A DNA stretch of 64,000 nt, taken from the NCBI GenBank assembly GCA_015065065.1, contig SVQX01000005.1:4349-68348 (forward strand), given 5' to 3'. The DNA comes from Oscillospiraceae bacterium. Its GTDB lineage: Bacteria; Bacillota; Clostridia; Oscillospirales; CAG-272. The position numbers and the translations under genes were made by a program. Every line of letters begins with the position of its first letter. The stretch's first letter is position 1. Positions 17,951 through 26,429 of this stretch are shown in pieces. The notes beneath the pieces were generated by a model, which was given only the letters and a program-made list of their open reading frames with translations, was not told where the DNA came from and did not search any database.

Positions 17951-19900
17951 ATGAATTACAGACAGGTTCATCTTGATTTTCATACATCAGAGCATATTGC
18001 GGAGATAGGTAAGGATTTTTCCAAGGAAAATTTCCAAGAGATGCTCAGAAAAGGACACGTCAATTCCATCACGGTATTTTCAAAATGTCACCACGGAATG
18101 TCGTATCACCCTACAAGGGTGGGATGTATGCATCCGCATCTCGAATTTGACCTGCTTGGCGCACAGATAGAGGCAGCGCACGAGATAGGCGTCAGGACAC
18201 CCGTTTATCTGTCCGCGGGAATTGACGGATATATGATGTCTCTGCATCCCGAATGGCTAAGATATGCATACGTGGACGGCAAGATAAAGCCTCCCGACTA
18301 CACCTGGCCGGGCTTTCATCATCCCTTCTGCTTCAATTCTCCCTACCTTGATTATCTGCTGGCGCAGATACTCGAAGTGGTGGAAAGCTACGATGCTGAC
18401 GGGATTTTTCTTGATATCGTGGGCGTAAATCCCTGCTGTTGCCGCTACTGTCTTAAGGAGCTGTATGACAGAGGAGAGGATCCCTCCGATGCCGATGCCC
18501 TTCTCCGTCAGGCAGAGCGGGTATATGCAAATTACACCCGCCGAGTGCGCGAGTGCATTGACAGTGTAAAGCCGGGGCTTCCCGTATTCCACAATTCGGG
18601 ACATATCACTCGCGGCAGACGGGATCTGGCGCGTATGAATACACATCTTGAGCTTGAATCCCTCCCAACGGGCGGATGGGGCTATGACCACTTCCCTCTC
18701 TCCGCGGCGTATGCTCAAACATTAGATATGGATTACCTTGGTATGACGGGCAAATTCCACGGCACATGGGGTGAGTTCGGCGGCTACAAGCACAAGAACG
18801 CGCTCAGATACGAGGTCGCCCTCTCTGCGGCATTCGGGGCAAAATGCTCTATCGGCGATCAGCTTCACCCACGAGGAAAGATGGACAACGCAACCTACAC
18901 CCTTATCGGCGCGGCATATTCCGAGCTTGAAAGAAAAGAGCCGTGGCTTTGCGGCGCGGAAAATATCGCAGACGTTGCTTTGCTGTCAATTCAAAACAAG
19001 GTATGGCAGGACAAGAGCGACAGCGGTGTGTGCCGCATACTGCTTGAGGGAGGCTATCTGTTCCAAGTGATAGATGCCGAGGCGGACTTCAGCAAATATA
19101 AAGTGGTCATCATCCCCGATAATATTCAGATCGATGGTGAGCTGGAGAAAAAGCTCAAAAATTACGTGGAGAGAGGCGGCAAGGTGCTGGCAAGCGGCTC
19201 GTCCTGTCTTGACGCAAGGAAGGAAAATTTCGTGCTTGATCTCGGCGCACGGTATATCGGAGCTAATCCTTTTAATCCCGATTATATCCGCCCGCGATTT
19301 GAAATTTCCGATATGGAAATCGCAGATTACGTTATGTACTCCAAGGGCGATGAGATAAGGTCAAACGGCGGCGAGGTGCTTGCAGACAGGGTTGATCCGT
19401 ACTTCAACCGCAGCACCTTCAAATACTGCTCCCACAAGCACACTCCCCCCTCTCCCTCATCCATAAGCGCGGGAATGACCGAGGGCAAGGACGGAATTTA
19501 TATCGCGTGGAGGGTTTTTGAGGACTACGCCACATCGGGTATGCTCATTCTGAAAAAGGTTGTTTGTTATGCCCTTGACAGACTGTTGGGCGACAGAAAA
19601 AGCGGTGTCGTCTCCCTTCCGTCACAAGGCGTTTTCACTCTGACAGAGCAAAAGCGAGAAAACAGACTGATCGCACATTTGCTATATGCCGCTCCCGTCA
19701 AGCGCGGCGACGGTGTTGAGGTAATTGAGGACATACTGCCCGTATATAACACCGAGCTGAAAATAAATGTGGGTAATCGAGGTGTGCGCCGCGTATATCT
19801 CGCTCCGCAAAACGAGAACTTGGATTATTCCATATCCGACGGTGTTCTCACCACTACTGTCTCAAGGCTTGAATGCCATCAAATGGTGGCTGTGGAATAA
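17951..19900 (+). CDS. GHL6-type putative glycoside hydrolase with beta-galactosidase-trimerisation-like C-terminal domain
   Basis: Start MNYRQVHLDFHTSEHI...ITVFSKCHHGMSYHPT after AAAGGGAAA. The pattern matches the 'hypothetical glycosyl hydrolase 6' family. Confidence 0.6.
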   Translation: MNYRQVHLDFHTSEHIAEIGKDFSKENFQEMLRKGHVNSITVFSKCHHGMSYHPTRVGCMHPHLEFDLLGAQIEAAHEIGVRTPVYLSAGIDGYMMSLHPEWLRYAYVDGKIKPPDYTWPGFHHPFCFNSPYLDYLLAQILEVVESYDADGIFLDIVGVNPCCCRYCLKELYDRGEDPSDADALLRQAERVYANYTRRVRECIDSVKPGLPVFHNSGHITRGRRDLARMNTHLELESLPTGGWGYDHFPLSAAYAQTLDMDYLGMTGKFHGTWGEFGGYKHKNALRYEVALSAAFGAKCSIGDQLHPRGKMDNATYTLIGAAYSELERKEPWLCGAENIADVALLSIQNKVWQDKSDSGVCRILLEGGYLFQVIDAEADFSKYKVVIIPDNIQIDGELEKKLKNYVERGGKVLASGSSCLDARKENFVLDLGARYIGANPFNPDYIRPRFEISDMEIADYVMYSKGDEIRSNGGEVLADRVDPYFNRSTFKYCSHKHTPPSPSSISAGMTEGKDGIYIAWRVFEDYATSGMLILKKVVCYALDRLLGDRKSGVVSLPSQGVFTLTEQKRENRLIAHLLYAAPVKRGDGVEVIEDILPVYNTELKINVGNRGVRRVYLAPQNENLDYSISDGVLTTTVSRLECHQMVAVE

Positions 19901-19904
19901 TCGC

Positions 19905-19946
19905 AAAAAATCTCTCTGTGCGACGAGTCGCACAGAGAGATTTTTT
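19905..19946. terminator. Bidirectional terminator between the GHL6 gene and trxB
   Basis: AAAAAATCTCTCTGTGCGAC/GTCGCACAGAGAGATTTTTT, a ~20-bp palindrome with A and T runs on both sides. Confidence 0.85.
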
Positions 19947-20850
19947 ATGCCTCTAAAAATCTGCAAGCCGCGGTGGCTGCAACTGCGCCGTCGCCGCAAG
20001 CGGTGGTTATCTGGCGTATGGTCTTGGAGCGGCAATCGCCTGCGACGAACACGCCGGGGGTTTTCGTCAGGCAATCCTCGCCCGCGTCGATATATCCGCG
20101 CTCGGTAAGATCTGCCACATTTGCAAACGCTTCGTTCTCGGGTATCTGACCGATAGCCACGAAAATTCCGTCCACGTCAAGACGTGTGCGCGTACCGCTA
20201 TCGGCATCTTTGATAATGATGCCGTCAACACTTCCCTCGCCTGCTATTTTATCCACGAGGTGGTTGCAGATTATCTCCACGTTATCGCGCTTACGGAGAA
20301 TTTCATAAAGTCTTGTTTCTCCCGTCAGGTGCGGAAGATTCTGCACGATATACACCTTTTCGCATATATCCGAGAGCATCACCGCCTCCTGAAGCGCGGT
20401 GTTTCCGCCGCCCACAACGGCTACGGATTTACCCGCGTAAAACGCGCCGTCACAAACTGCGCAGTAGGAAATTCCGTTGCCCACGTATGTTTCCTCATAC
20501 TCCACACCGAGAGGTCTGTGCTTGGAGCCTGTGGCGATAATGACGGAGCGGCAGAGATAAGTTCCCTCCTTGCCCTCTACCGTCAGCACGTCGCCGTCAC
20601 GAGCAACAGCCACCGCCTCATCCAGCTCGATATCCGCGCCGTGGCTGATGACCTGCTCTACCAGCTTGTCCGCAAACTCGTTACCGCTCATCTGAGCGAT
20701 ACCCGGATAATTCTCTACCTTAGGAGAATGCGTGATCTGTCCGCCGAAGGTCTCCCTTTCAAGCACTAAGACACTTTTCTCCGCTCTGCGAGCGTAGAGC
20801 GCCGCCGTAAGTCCCGCAGGTCCTGCGCCGATTATAACTATATCGTACAT
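19945..20850 (-). CDS. trxB: Thioredoxin-reductase-like flavoprotein (CAVC redox centre, HRRxxxR motif absent)
   Basis: MYDIVIIGAGPAGLTAALYA..., CAVCDGAF, and GGGNTA are present. The position of HRRDxFRA reads IVQNLPHLTGE. Confidence 0.85.
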   Translation of the reverse strand: MYDIVIIGAGPAGLTAALYARRAEKSVLVLERETFGGQITHSPKVENYPGIAQMSGNEFADKLVEQVISHGADIELDEAVAVARDGDVLTVEGKEGTYLCRSVIIATGSKHRPLGVEYEETYVGNGISYCAVCDGAFYAGKSVAVVGGGNTALQEAVMLSDICEKVYIVQNLPHLTGETRLYEILRKRDNVEIICNHLVDKIAGEGSVDGIIIKDADSGTRTRLDVDGIFVAIGQIPENEAFANVADLTERGYIDAGEDCLTKTPGVFVAGDCRSKTIRQITTACGDGAVAATAACRFLEA

Positions 20851-20877
20851 ATTTCCTCCGAATGGTTAAAGCGTTTA

Positions 20878-23274
20878 TCAGACCTGTGCGAGAGAATCAA
20901 CGTATTTTCGAATATTGGACACGTTGGTGATAACGTCAGCATTTCCGTCCTCGCCTACTACGACGAGAGAGGGGGCTTGCATGATGCCGTACTTGCGCAC
21001 GAGGTCGGGATTTTCCTCAGCGTATACCTTTTCGTACTGTATGCCGCCCTTATCAAGAAAAACGGTAGCCATCTTACAGTTGGGGCAGGTCTTGGTTGCG
21101 AAAAGTATTACCCTTGCTTCCTCTGCCGTATCGGCAACAGGCTCAAAGTCAACCGCTTCGCATCCGCATCCACCTACGGTGAGGTTGGGATGAAGCTCCA
21201 TGGAGCGTTCAATATTATATACTCTTCTCTCCTTGAACTCCTGCGACTTACCGTCGTTCCAGTTCTGTACGGGACGGTAATATCCCGTGATACGGCTGTA
21301 AACCTCGGTGTTCTCGCCGCAGTGCGGGCAGACGTAGGTCTCGCCGGACAGGTAGCCGTGGTTCTTACATACGCTGTACGTGGGAGAGAGTGTGTAGTAA
21401 GGCAGCTTATAGTTCTCTGCGATCTTGCGGACAAGAGATGCCGCGGACTGCCAGCTGGGCAGCTTTTCGCCGAGGAAGCCGTGGAATACCGTTCCCGAGG
21501 TATAAAGCGTCTGAAGCTCGTCCTGAACGTCAAGTGCCGAGAAAATATCGTCGGTGTAGCCTACGGGCAGGTGAGAGCTGTTGGTATAGTAAGGAGTATG
21601 TCCCTTATCAGATGCGGTGATTATATCGCCGAAGCGCTTTACGTCGTGCTTTGCAAGACGGTATGCGGTGGATTCTGCGGGAGTTGCCTCAAGGTTATAG
21701 AGGTCACCGTACATTTCCTGATAGTCGGAAAGTCTTTCGCGCATGTGGTTGAGGACTTCCTTGGTGAACTCCTGAGTTTCGCGGTGAGTCATATCAGCGC
21801 GCAGCCACTTTGCGTTGAGTCCAACCTCGTTCATACCTACGAGACCTATTGTAGAGAAATGGTTTTCAAACGTGCCGAGGTATCTCTTGGTATAAGGATA
21901 CAGTCCCTCGTTGAGTAGGCGGGTGATGACCGTTCTCTTTGTCTTGAGCGAGCGAGCGGCGAGGTCCATCATTCTGTCAAGGCGCTTGTAGAAATCCTCC
22001 TTGCTGTCGGCAAGGTAAGCGATACGCGGCATATTGATTGTTACTACGCCGACAGAGCCCGTAGATTCACCCGAGCCGAAGAAGCCACCCGACTTCTTGC
22101 GCAGCTCACGTAGGTCAAGGCGGAGGCGGCAACACATGGAGCGCACGTCGGAGGGCTCCATATCGCTGTTGATGTAGTTGGAGAAATAAGGTGTACCGTA
22201 TTTCGCGGTCATCTCGAACAGCAGTCGGTTGTTTTCGGTATCTGCCCAATCAAAATCGCGGGTGATGGAATAGGTGGGAATAGGATACTGGAAGCCGCGG
22301 CCGTTAGCGTCGCCCTCGATCATGATCTCAAGGAACGCCTTATTGACCATATCCATTTCCTTCTGGCAGTCCTTATACTTGAAATCTACCTCCTTACCTC
22401 CGATAATGCAGTTAAGCTCTGCCATATCGTTAGGAACCACCCAGTCAAGGGTAACGTTTGAGAAGGGTGCCTGAGTTCCCCAACGGGATGGCGTATTTAC
22501 GCCGTAGATGAAGGACTCAATGCACTTCTTCACCTGCTCGTAGTCAAGGTTATCTATTTTTACAAAGGGAGCGAGATATGTATCAAAGGAGGAGAACGCC
22601 TGCGCACCTGCCCATTCGTTCTGCATGATGCCGAGAAAGTTTACCATCTGGTTGCAAAGGCTTGCAAGATGACTTGCGGGTGCTGAAGTGATCTTTCCTC
22701 TTACTCCGCCGAGTCCTTCTTTAATAAGCTGACGGAGCGACCAGCCTGCGCAGTAGCCTGTGAGCATGGACAGGTCGTGGATATGCATATCCGAATTTCT
22801 GTGAGCGTCGGCTACCTCCTCGTCGTAGATCTCGGAAAGCCAATAATTAGCCGTGATAGCGCCCGAGTTGGACAGAATAAGTCCGCCTACCGAATAGGTA
22901 ACGGTGGAGTTCTCCTTTACGCGCCAGTCGGTCTCCTTAACGTATTTATCGACTACGTCCTTATAGTCAAGGATGGTAGACTTCATGTTACGGATCTTCT
23001 CTCTCGATTTACGGTAAAGAATGTACGCCTTTGCGATATCGGCGTATCCCGCCTGCACCAGCACAGACTCCACGCTGTCCTGAATATCCTCGACGGAAAT
23101 AAGTCCGTCCTTGATTTTAGGCTCGAAATCGGCAGTGACCTTCAGCGCGAGAAAATCGATAACGCCGGGGTGGTACTGCTTGCTCTGAGCATCAAACGCA
23201 TTGCGAATAGCGTTTGAAATTTTTGAGATGTCGAATTCGACTGTTTTGCCGTCCCTTTTGAGTACCTGATACAT
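20878..23274 (-). CDS. nrdD: Anaerobic (class III) ribonucleoside-triphosphate reductase fused to a C-terminal glutaredoxin/NrdH-like domain
   Basis: Start MYQVLKRDGKTVEF (ATP-cone) after AAAGGA. Glycyl-radical motif YSRITGYYRPV at 21277-21294. An extra ~80 aa with TKTCPNCK ... QAPSLVV forms a Trx fold. Confidence 0.9.
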   Translation of the reverse strand: MYQVLKRDGKTVEFDISKISNAIRNAFDAQSKQYHPGVIDFLALKVTADFEPKIKDGLISVEDIQDSVESVLVQAGYADIAKAYILYRKSREKIRNMKSTILDYKDVVDKYVKETDWRVKENSTVTYSVGGLILSNSGAITANYWLSEIYDEEVADAHRNSDMHIHDLSMLTGYCAGWSLRQLIKEGLGGVRGKITSAPASHLASLCNQMVNFLGIMQNEWAGAQAFSSFDTYLAPFVKIDNLDYEQVKKCIESFIYGVNTPSRWGTQAPFSNVTLDWVVPNDMAELNCIIGGKEVDFKYKDCQKEMDMVNKAFLEIMIEGDANGRGFQYPIPTYSITRDFDWADTENNRLLFEMTAKYGTPYFSNYINSDMEPSDVRSMCCRLRLDLRELRKKSGGFFGSGESTGSVGVVTINMPRIAYLADSKEDFYKRLDRMMDLAARSLKTKRTVITRLLNEGLYPYTKRYLGTFENHFSTIGLVGMNEVGLNAKWLRADMTHRETQEFTKEVLNHMRERLSDYQEMYGDLYNLEATPAESTAYRLAKHDVKRFGDIITASDKGHTPYYTNSSHLPVGYTDDIFSALDVQDELQTLYTSGTVFHGFLGEKLPSWQSAASLVRKIAENYKLPYYTLSPTYSVCKNHGYLSGETYVCPHCGENTEVYSRITGYYRPVQNWNDGKSQEFKERRVYNIERSMELHPNLTVGGCGCEAVDFEPVADTAEEARVILFATKTCPNCKMATVFLDKGGIQYEKVYAEENPDLVRKYGIMQAPSLVVVGEDGNADVITNVSNIRKYVDSLAQV

Positions 23275-23318
23275 ATCTTTTCCTTTCATAATTAATAATA
23301 TATTAGCCTGCGGAGTCC

Positions 23319-23342
23319 AAAAACGCACCCCGAAAGGGCGCG
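23319..23342 (-). terminator. Terminator-like hairpin in the nrdD 5' leader
   Basis: On the minus strand CGCGCCC-tttc-GGGGTGCG followed by TTTTT. It lies downstream of the predicted -10 and ~45 nt upstream of the nrdD start. Confidence 0.45.
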
Positions 23343-23375
23343 AAATTTGTCGTCTGCGAAAATGGCAGTGAATAT

Positions 23376-23404
23376 AGTATAAACTATATTTTTGCATTTG
23401 TCAA
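23376..23404 (-). promoter_or_regulatory. Sigma-A-type promoter of nrdD
   Basis: On the minus strand TTGACA (23404-23399), 17 nt, TATACT (23381-23376). Confidence 0.55.
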
Positions 23405-23412
23405 TACCTTTT

Positions 23413-23461
23413 TCACAAGATATTGTATATTTTTCAAAAATTTCGGCACTATATCTTGTGG
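23413..23461 (-). promoter_or_regulatory. Two tandem NrdR-box-like palindromes
   Basis: CACAAGATATTGTA (23414-23427) and CACTATATCTTGTG (23447-23460). Each has 1-2 mismatches to the published NrdR box core CACwAtATaTwGTG. Centres are 33 bp apart and immediately upstream of the -35. Confidence 0.6.
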
Positions 23462-23501
23462 TTTGCTGGCAATAGTTTCCACGCAATATGTGCCGAAAAT
23501 A

Positions 23502-24194
23502 TCAGATACCGCGAATTTCGGTGCGCGGTATATATTTTTTGAGTATCTCGCCAAAGCCTTTGAGAGTTGCATCGTCCCAGCCGCTGACCTCCGAGTCGAT
23601 AAGGCTGCCCGAATCCTTGAACTGCTGCAGATAGAACCGCTCATCCCCACAAAGCCATTTCCCTATTTTCACGAAATCCTCCGCCTCGTGAAACTGTCGG
23701 GTAACGGTCGTGCGGAACTCAAATTCCACGCCTCCCTGCATCAAAAGCCGCGCGCTCTCCTCTACCGCCGAGGTATCGTAATCAGGTATTCCGATAGTTG
23801 CCCCGTACCTTTCACGGCTGTTTTTGATATCCATAGCAACGTAGTCCACAAGCCCGCTTTGGATAAGCTCTGACAGCACGCGGGGACGCGAGCCGTTGGT
23901 ATCCAGCTTGACGGGATAACCGAGAGCGCGCACGTCACGGATAAAGTCGGCAATATCGGGCTGCAGCAACGGCTCTCCGCCCGTGATAGCAACTCCTTCA
24001 AGCACTCCGCGGCGCTTTTTCAGGTATGACATTATCTCGCCGATATCGTGAGAAAGATTTTTCTCGGGATCAATGACCAGCATTGAATTATGGCAGAAGG
24101 GGCAACGGAAATTACACCCTCCCGTAAACAGCGTGCAAGCCACCCGTCCGGGATAATCAAGGAGGGTAAGCTTTTGTATTCCTTTTATATTCAT
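23502..24194 (-). CDS. nrdG: Anaerobic RNR activating protein (radical SAM)
   Basis: Start MNIKGIQKLTLLDYPGRVACTLFTGGCNFRCPFCHN (CxxxCxxC) after GGAG. Confidence 0.9.
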   Translation of the reverse strand: MNIKGIQKLTLLDYPGRVACTLFTGGCNFRCPFCHNSMLVIDPEKNLSHDIGEIMSYLKKRRGVLEGVAITGGEPLLQPDIADFIRDVRALGYPVKLDTNGSRPRVLSELIQSGLVDYVAMDIKNSRERYGATIGIPDYDTSAVEESARLLMQGGVEFEFRTTVTRQFHEAEDFVKIGKWLCGDERFYLQQFKDSGSLIDSEVSGWDDATLKGFGEILKKYIPRTEIRGI

Positions 24195-24340
24195 GTTAAC
24201 TCCGAGCTTCAAATTCATTACCTATACATTTTACCATACTTTTATGACTTTTTTCTTAAAACTCGGCAAAAAATTTCAACAAACTTATTGACTTGAATTT
24301 GTGCAGTATGTTAACAATTCGTAACCTTTAAAAATAACTA

Positions 24341-24369
24341 TTGCAAATTTGCAAAAAATGCTGTAAAAT
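24341..24369 (+). promoter_or_regulatory. Candidate pckG promoter overlapping a perfect 14-bp palindrome
   Basis: TTGCAA (24341-24346), 17 nt, TAAAAT (24364-24369). TTGCAAATTTGCAA (24341-24354) is its own reverse complement. Confidence 0.4.
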
Positions 24370-24462
24370 ATATGGTGGAGTAGGATTGACAGCACTGTTG
24401 TGACTTTCCGTCCGACTCCGACATAAATAAGTCAAAAAATAATATCAAATAAGGAGAAACCC

Positions 24463-26268
24463 ATGAACAACACCCCCACCTCCAACAAACACGTTCTTGA
24501 TTGGATCAAGGACATGGCTGCTCTCACCCAGCCCGACAGGATCGTTTGGATCGACGGCTCCAAGGAGCAGGCAGAAGAGCTGAGAGCCGAGGCTTGCGCT
24601 ACCGGCGAGATGATCAAGCTCAATCAGGAGAAGCTCCCCGGATGCTACCTCCACAGAACCGCGGTAAACGACGTCGCCCGCGTTGAAGGCAGAACCTTTA
24701 TCTGCACCTCCAAGAAGGAGGATGCAGGTAACATCAATAACTGGATGGACCCCGCAGAGTGCAAGTCAAAGCTTACCAAGCTGTACGCCGGCTCTATGAA
24801 GGGACAGACCATGTACGTCATTCCCTACTCCATGAGTATCGTTGGCTCTCCCTTTGCAAAATACGGTATTGAGCTTACCGACTCTATCTACGTTGTTCTC
24901 AACATGCTTATCATGACCCGCGTCGGCACAAACGTGCTTGAGGCTCTCGGCGACAGCGCAGACTACATCAAGGGTCTGCATGCTCGCGCACAGCTTGACG
25001 AGGAGAACAGATATATCGTTCATTTCCCCGAGGAAAACACCATCTGGTCCGTTAACTCCGGTTACGGCGGAAACGTGCTGCTCGGCAAAAAGTGCTTCGC
25101 ACTCCGCATCGCGTCCTATCTCGGACGCAAGGAGGGCTGGATGGCTGAGCATATGCTCATTCTCGGCGTTCAGTACCCCGACGGCGAAACAAAGTACGTT
25201 ACCGCGGCATTCCCCTCCGCTTGCGGAAAGACCAACCTTGCAATGCTTATTCCTCCGGAATACTACTCAAAGCAGGGCTACAAGGTATTCTGCGTAGGTG
25301 ACGATATCGCTTGGCTCCGCGTCGGCGAGGACGGCAGACTTTGGGCTGTTAACCCCGAAAACGGCTTCTTCGGAGTTGCTCCCGGTACTAACGAGAAGTC
25401 CAACCCCAACGCTCTCTACACTACAATGAAGGATACCATCTTCACCAACGTAGTTCACAACACCGCCGATAACACCGTTTGGTGGGAAGGTCTTGACAAC
25501 AATCCTCCCACGCCCGGCAACGCTATCGACTGGAAGGGCAATCCTTGGGACTGCACAAAGTACGACAAGAAGGATAAGTCAACCTGCGGTGCGCATCCCA
25601 ACTCCCGCTTTACCGCTATGGCTGAAAACTGCCCCTGCCTTTCTAAAGAATTCTACAATCCCGCAGGTGTTCCCGTTTCCGCTATCGTATTCGGCGGACG
25701 CCGCGCTAAGACCGCTCCCCTGGTTTACCAGTCCACAAGCTGGCAGAACGGCGCATTCGTCGGCTCTATCATGGCTTCCGAGACCACTGCTGCTGCTGCA
25801 GGTGCGGTCGGCGTAGTTCGCCGCGACCCCATGGCTATGCGTCCCTTCGTAGGCTACGATATGGGTGACTACTGGGCTCACTGGCTGACCATGGGTACCC
25901 GTATTCCCAATCCTCCGAAGATCTTCCACGTTAACTGGTTCCGCACCGATGAGAACGGCAACTTCATCTGGCCCGGATTCGGCGACAACATGCGCGTTCT
26001 TATGTGGATACTTGCTCGCTGTGAGGGCAAGGTTGACGCGGATATCACTCCTATCGGTTACGTTCCGAAGGCTGAGGATATCTGCATTGAAGGTCTTAGC
26101 GACGTTACTCTCGACACCATTCGCGGTCTTCTGTCCGTTGACGTTGACGCATGGCTTGAGGACGTTGCAAACATCAAGGAGTTCTACGCTCAGGTAGGCA
26201 GCAGAGTTCCTGCCGCTATGTACGACGAGCTTGCGGCTCTTGAAGCAAGACTTAACGCAGCTAAATAA
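24463..26268 (+). CDS. pckG: Phosphoenolpyruvate carboxykinase (GTP)
   Basis: 601 aa with typical GTP-PEPCK sequence, e.g. ...AAFPSACGKTNLAML... and ...FHVNWFR.... RBS AAGGAGAA. Confidence 0.93.
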   Translation: MNNTPTSNKHVLDWIKDMAALTQPDRIVWIDGSKEQAEELRAEACATGEMIKLNQEKLPGCYLHRTAVNDVARVEGRTFICTSKKEDAGNINNWMDPAECKSKLTKLYAGSMKGQTMYVIPYSMSIVGSPFAKYGIELTDSIYVVLNMLIMTRVGTNVLEALGDSADYIKGLHARAQLDEENRYIVHFPEENTIWSVNSGYGGNVLLGKKCFALRIASYLGRKEGWMAEHMLILGVQYPDGETKYVTAAFPSACGKTNLAMLIPPEYYSKQGYKVFCVGDDIAWLRVGEDGRLWAVNPENGFFGVAPGTNEKSNPNALYTTMKDTIFTNVVHNTADNTVWWEGLDNNPPTPGNAIDWKGNPWDCTKYDKKDKSTCGAHPNSRFTAMAENCPCLSKEFYNPAGVPVSAIVFGGRRAKTAPLVYQSTSWQNGAFVGSIMASETTAAAAGAVGVVRRDPMAMRPFVGYDMGDYWAHWLTMGTRIPNPPKIFHVNWFRTDENGNFIWPGFGDNMRVLMWILARCEGKVDADITPIGYVPKAEDICIEGLSDVTLDTIRGLLSVDVDAWLEDVANIKEFYAQVGSRVPAAMYDELAALEARLNAAK

Positions 26269-26293
26269 TTGACAAATATTGATCTACAGCTTT

Positions 26294-26329
26294 GGCGGCT
26301 GTGTGACACAGTCGTGTGACACAGCCGCC
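26294..26329 (+). terminator. Hairpin after pckG
   Basis: GGCGGCTGTG...CACAGCCGCC, a 10-bp outer stem 26 nt after the stop. The T-tract is weak. Confidence 0.5.
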
Positions 26330-26429
26330 TTGCGTACAAAATTGAATTTTTTCAAAATTTTTTATAGAAGCCCTTGACTTTGACCTTACGTTAAAGTTTA
26401 TAATGATGTCGATAGGAAGGAGAAAATCT

